64,000 nt of DNA, taken from an uncultured Candidatus Peribacteria bacterium. GTDB taxonomy: Bacteria > Patescibacteriota > Gracilibacteria > JAUYGZ01. Shown here piece after piece: positions 62,890-64,000 of the stretch. The DNA lies in contig CAYGQA010000003.1 in NCBI GenBank assembly GCA_964352145.1, positions 58,236 to 122,235 of the forward strand. The letters run 5' to 3'. The position numbers were made by a program, and so were the translations under genes. Every line of letters starts with the position of its first letter. The stretch's first letter is position 1. Below the pieces are notes generated by a model, which was not told the origin of the DNA, made no database searches, and saw only the letters and a list, made by a program, of their open reading frames with translations.

Positions 62890-64000
62890 TTAAACGCTTG
62901 GCGTCTCCGGCGCATCGCAGCTCCCTTCTTGCTCATCTATAAAAGACTTGAAGTCTTGGTAAATTTTCTGCATTAGACCATAATGCGTTTTAGCTTCGTT
63001 ACCCTTAGGATTATATACTTTTGCCAAACGAGGATTAAAAAGATCCAAAGCTGTATCTTTAATCATCTTTTCTAAAACAACAGTGGTATCTGACTGAGCT
63101 CCATAAAGACTCTTATATCGTCCTCTCAAAGAAGCATAATGAAGATTTCGTTGCTTTAAGAGATCATTCAAAGCCCTTTGCTCAAGCAATATCCCAATAT
63201 CTTCCGAATCAGAAGCAATCACATCTTGAGTCAGTTGGTTTGGACCTAATTCACTTTGATCAAAGAGAAACCCTGAACATTCAGCAAGTTTTTTACGTCC
63301 CTCAGATCCACCTAAGAGGTTATCAAGACCTACATCAGCACAAGCTGGAGCAGCTCGGCAGTATTCCTTACCGTTTGCGTAACCAATCACTGGCAAGTCT
63401 GAAGTACTACGACCAGCTTCACGATACATCGCCTCGATACGAGTACAGATACCCTTCAAACTTCTCTCATTAGCGGCTTCAAATCGCTCTGCAAAAGAAA
63501 TACGTGATTTTTTCTTCTCTTCATCATCCTTGATCACTCCTAAGACAGCAGAGCTGAAATCTTCTAAGCTCTGAGCCAAAGCATCTAAACTCTGTGATTC
63601 TGGAGATCCAACTTTTTTTAAAACGAGAAAGTGATACTCTTGTATCCCTAAAAGACGTCCTCTGAATTGATAGAGTTTTTGTAATTCATCATCAGAAACC
63701 TCTCCTCCATCTCTCTTTTGCCTTTCTAGAGTACTGATCTCTCGTTCGATATTTTGTATTCTTTGAGAAACAGTATCAAGAATCTGATTTAAACCATTTT
63801 GAAAGAGAAGAAATTGCTCCTTAGCACCTGTCAGCTCAGCATCTACCAAGGCTCTATCTCGAGAAAAAGAACATGAATTTGCGATATACTGCTGAACAAT
63901 CTCAGAAGCATTATCATCTATAAAAGCGCTGAAAGAAGCATATGAATTTCCTTGATCATCAACAAATACACCAGCCTTATATTCAAATTTCGAAGCAAAA
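62890..64000 (-). CDS. hypothetical protein; 5' end beyond the window
   Basis: The frame of ORF 62890..63849 remains open to nt 64000 (checked codon by codon), so the TTG at 63849 is probably internal. No motif recognised. Confidence 0.45.
   Translation of the reverse strand, partial: FASKFEYKAGVFVDDQGNSYASFSAFIDDNASEIVQQYIANSCSFSRDRALVDAELTGAKEQFLLFQNGLNQILDTVSQRIQNIEREISTLERQKRDGGEVSDDELQKLYQFRGRLLGIQEYHFLVLKKVGSPESQSLDALAQSLEDFSSAVLGVIKDDEEKKKSRISFAERFEAANERSLKGICTRIEAMYREAGRSTSDLPVIGYANGKEYCRAAPACADVGLDNLLGGSEGRKKLAECSGFLFDQSELGPNQLTQDVIASDSEDIGILLEQRALNDLLKQRNLHYASLRGRYKSLYGAQSDTTVVLEKMIKDTALDLFNPRLAKVYNPKGNEAKTHYGLMQKIYQDFKSFIDEQEGSCDAPETPSV

Noticed and set aside
653-63473. Numerous 60-130-aa antisense or overlapping ORFs in the track, for example 653-853, 1127-1382, 2441-2998, 4605-4994, 7294-7744, 19599-19985, 21467-22098, 25794-26516, 39321-39899, 42527-42922, 48623-48973, 51455-52081 and 63240-63473.
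   Set aside because: Each lies inside a longer ORF with recognisable homology or membrane topology on the other strand or frame. Their sequences are low-complexity and typical of AT-rich shadow ORFs.
1-64000. Alternative genetic code (UGA or UAA reassignment, as in Gracilibacteria/SR1-like lineages).
   Set aside because: Conserved genes (purD, typA, argS, pcrA, nadB, helicases) have normal full lengths under code 11, and all three stop codons terminate well-defined genes. The single in-frame TAA at 45291 is an isolated case.

Overview
AT-rich, gene-dense chromosomal segment: about 73 protein-coding genes, one tRNA, no rRNA. It looks like an uncultivated-type bacterium. The standard bacterial code fits: purD, typA, argS, pcrA, nadB and two DEAD-box helicases all read through intact, and TAA, TAG and TGA all act as stops. 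Most genes lack a recognisable Shine-Dalgarno sequence, and many sit 15-30 nt downstream of an extended -10 box (TGnTATAAT). Three kinds of content are present. (1) Housekeeping genes: dtd, purD, rpmA, ung, csp, deaD, an rhlE-like helicase, typA, nadB/nadC, gpmA, hpf, pcrA, yggT, argS. (2) An envelope, thiol-redox and stress theme: CcdA-like, DsbB-like and VKOR proteins, a Fur-family regulator with Dps, YaaA, MarR, MerR/TipAS, an ECF sigma factor, MATE and MFS transporters, and an SLH-domain protein. (3) Many lineage-specific membrane or secreted hypothetical proteins. I recognised no CRISPR array, integrase, transposase, reverse transcriptase, phage structural genes or named defence system. 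The most unusual structure is non-genic. A composite AT-rich intergenic repeat occurs at least six times. A second, GC-richer hairpin-bearing repeat family is partly nested in it. Two CCCTMGA heptamer arrays bracket one gene. A 21-nt duplicate of the tRNA-Asn 3' end delimits a 1.4-kb one-gene islet. Other points: an acyltransferase-like gene interrupted by one in-frame TAA, an unannotated 46-codon ORF overlapping a minimal nucleotidyltransferase gene by ATGA, and a Met/His-rich lipoprotein built on an 18-bp x5 tandem repeat. All alignments and motif calls were made by eye; no database search was possible.
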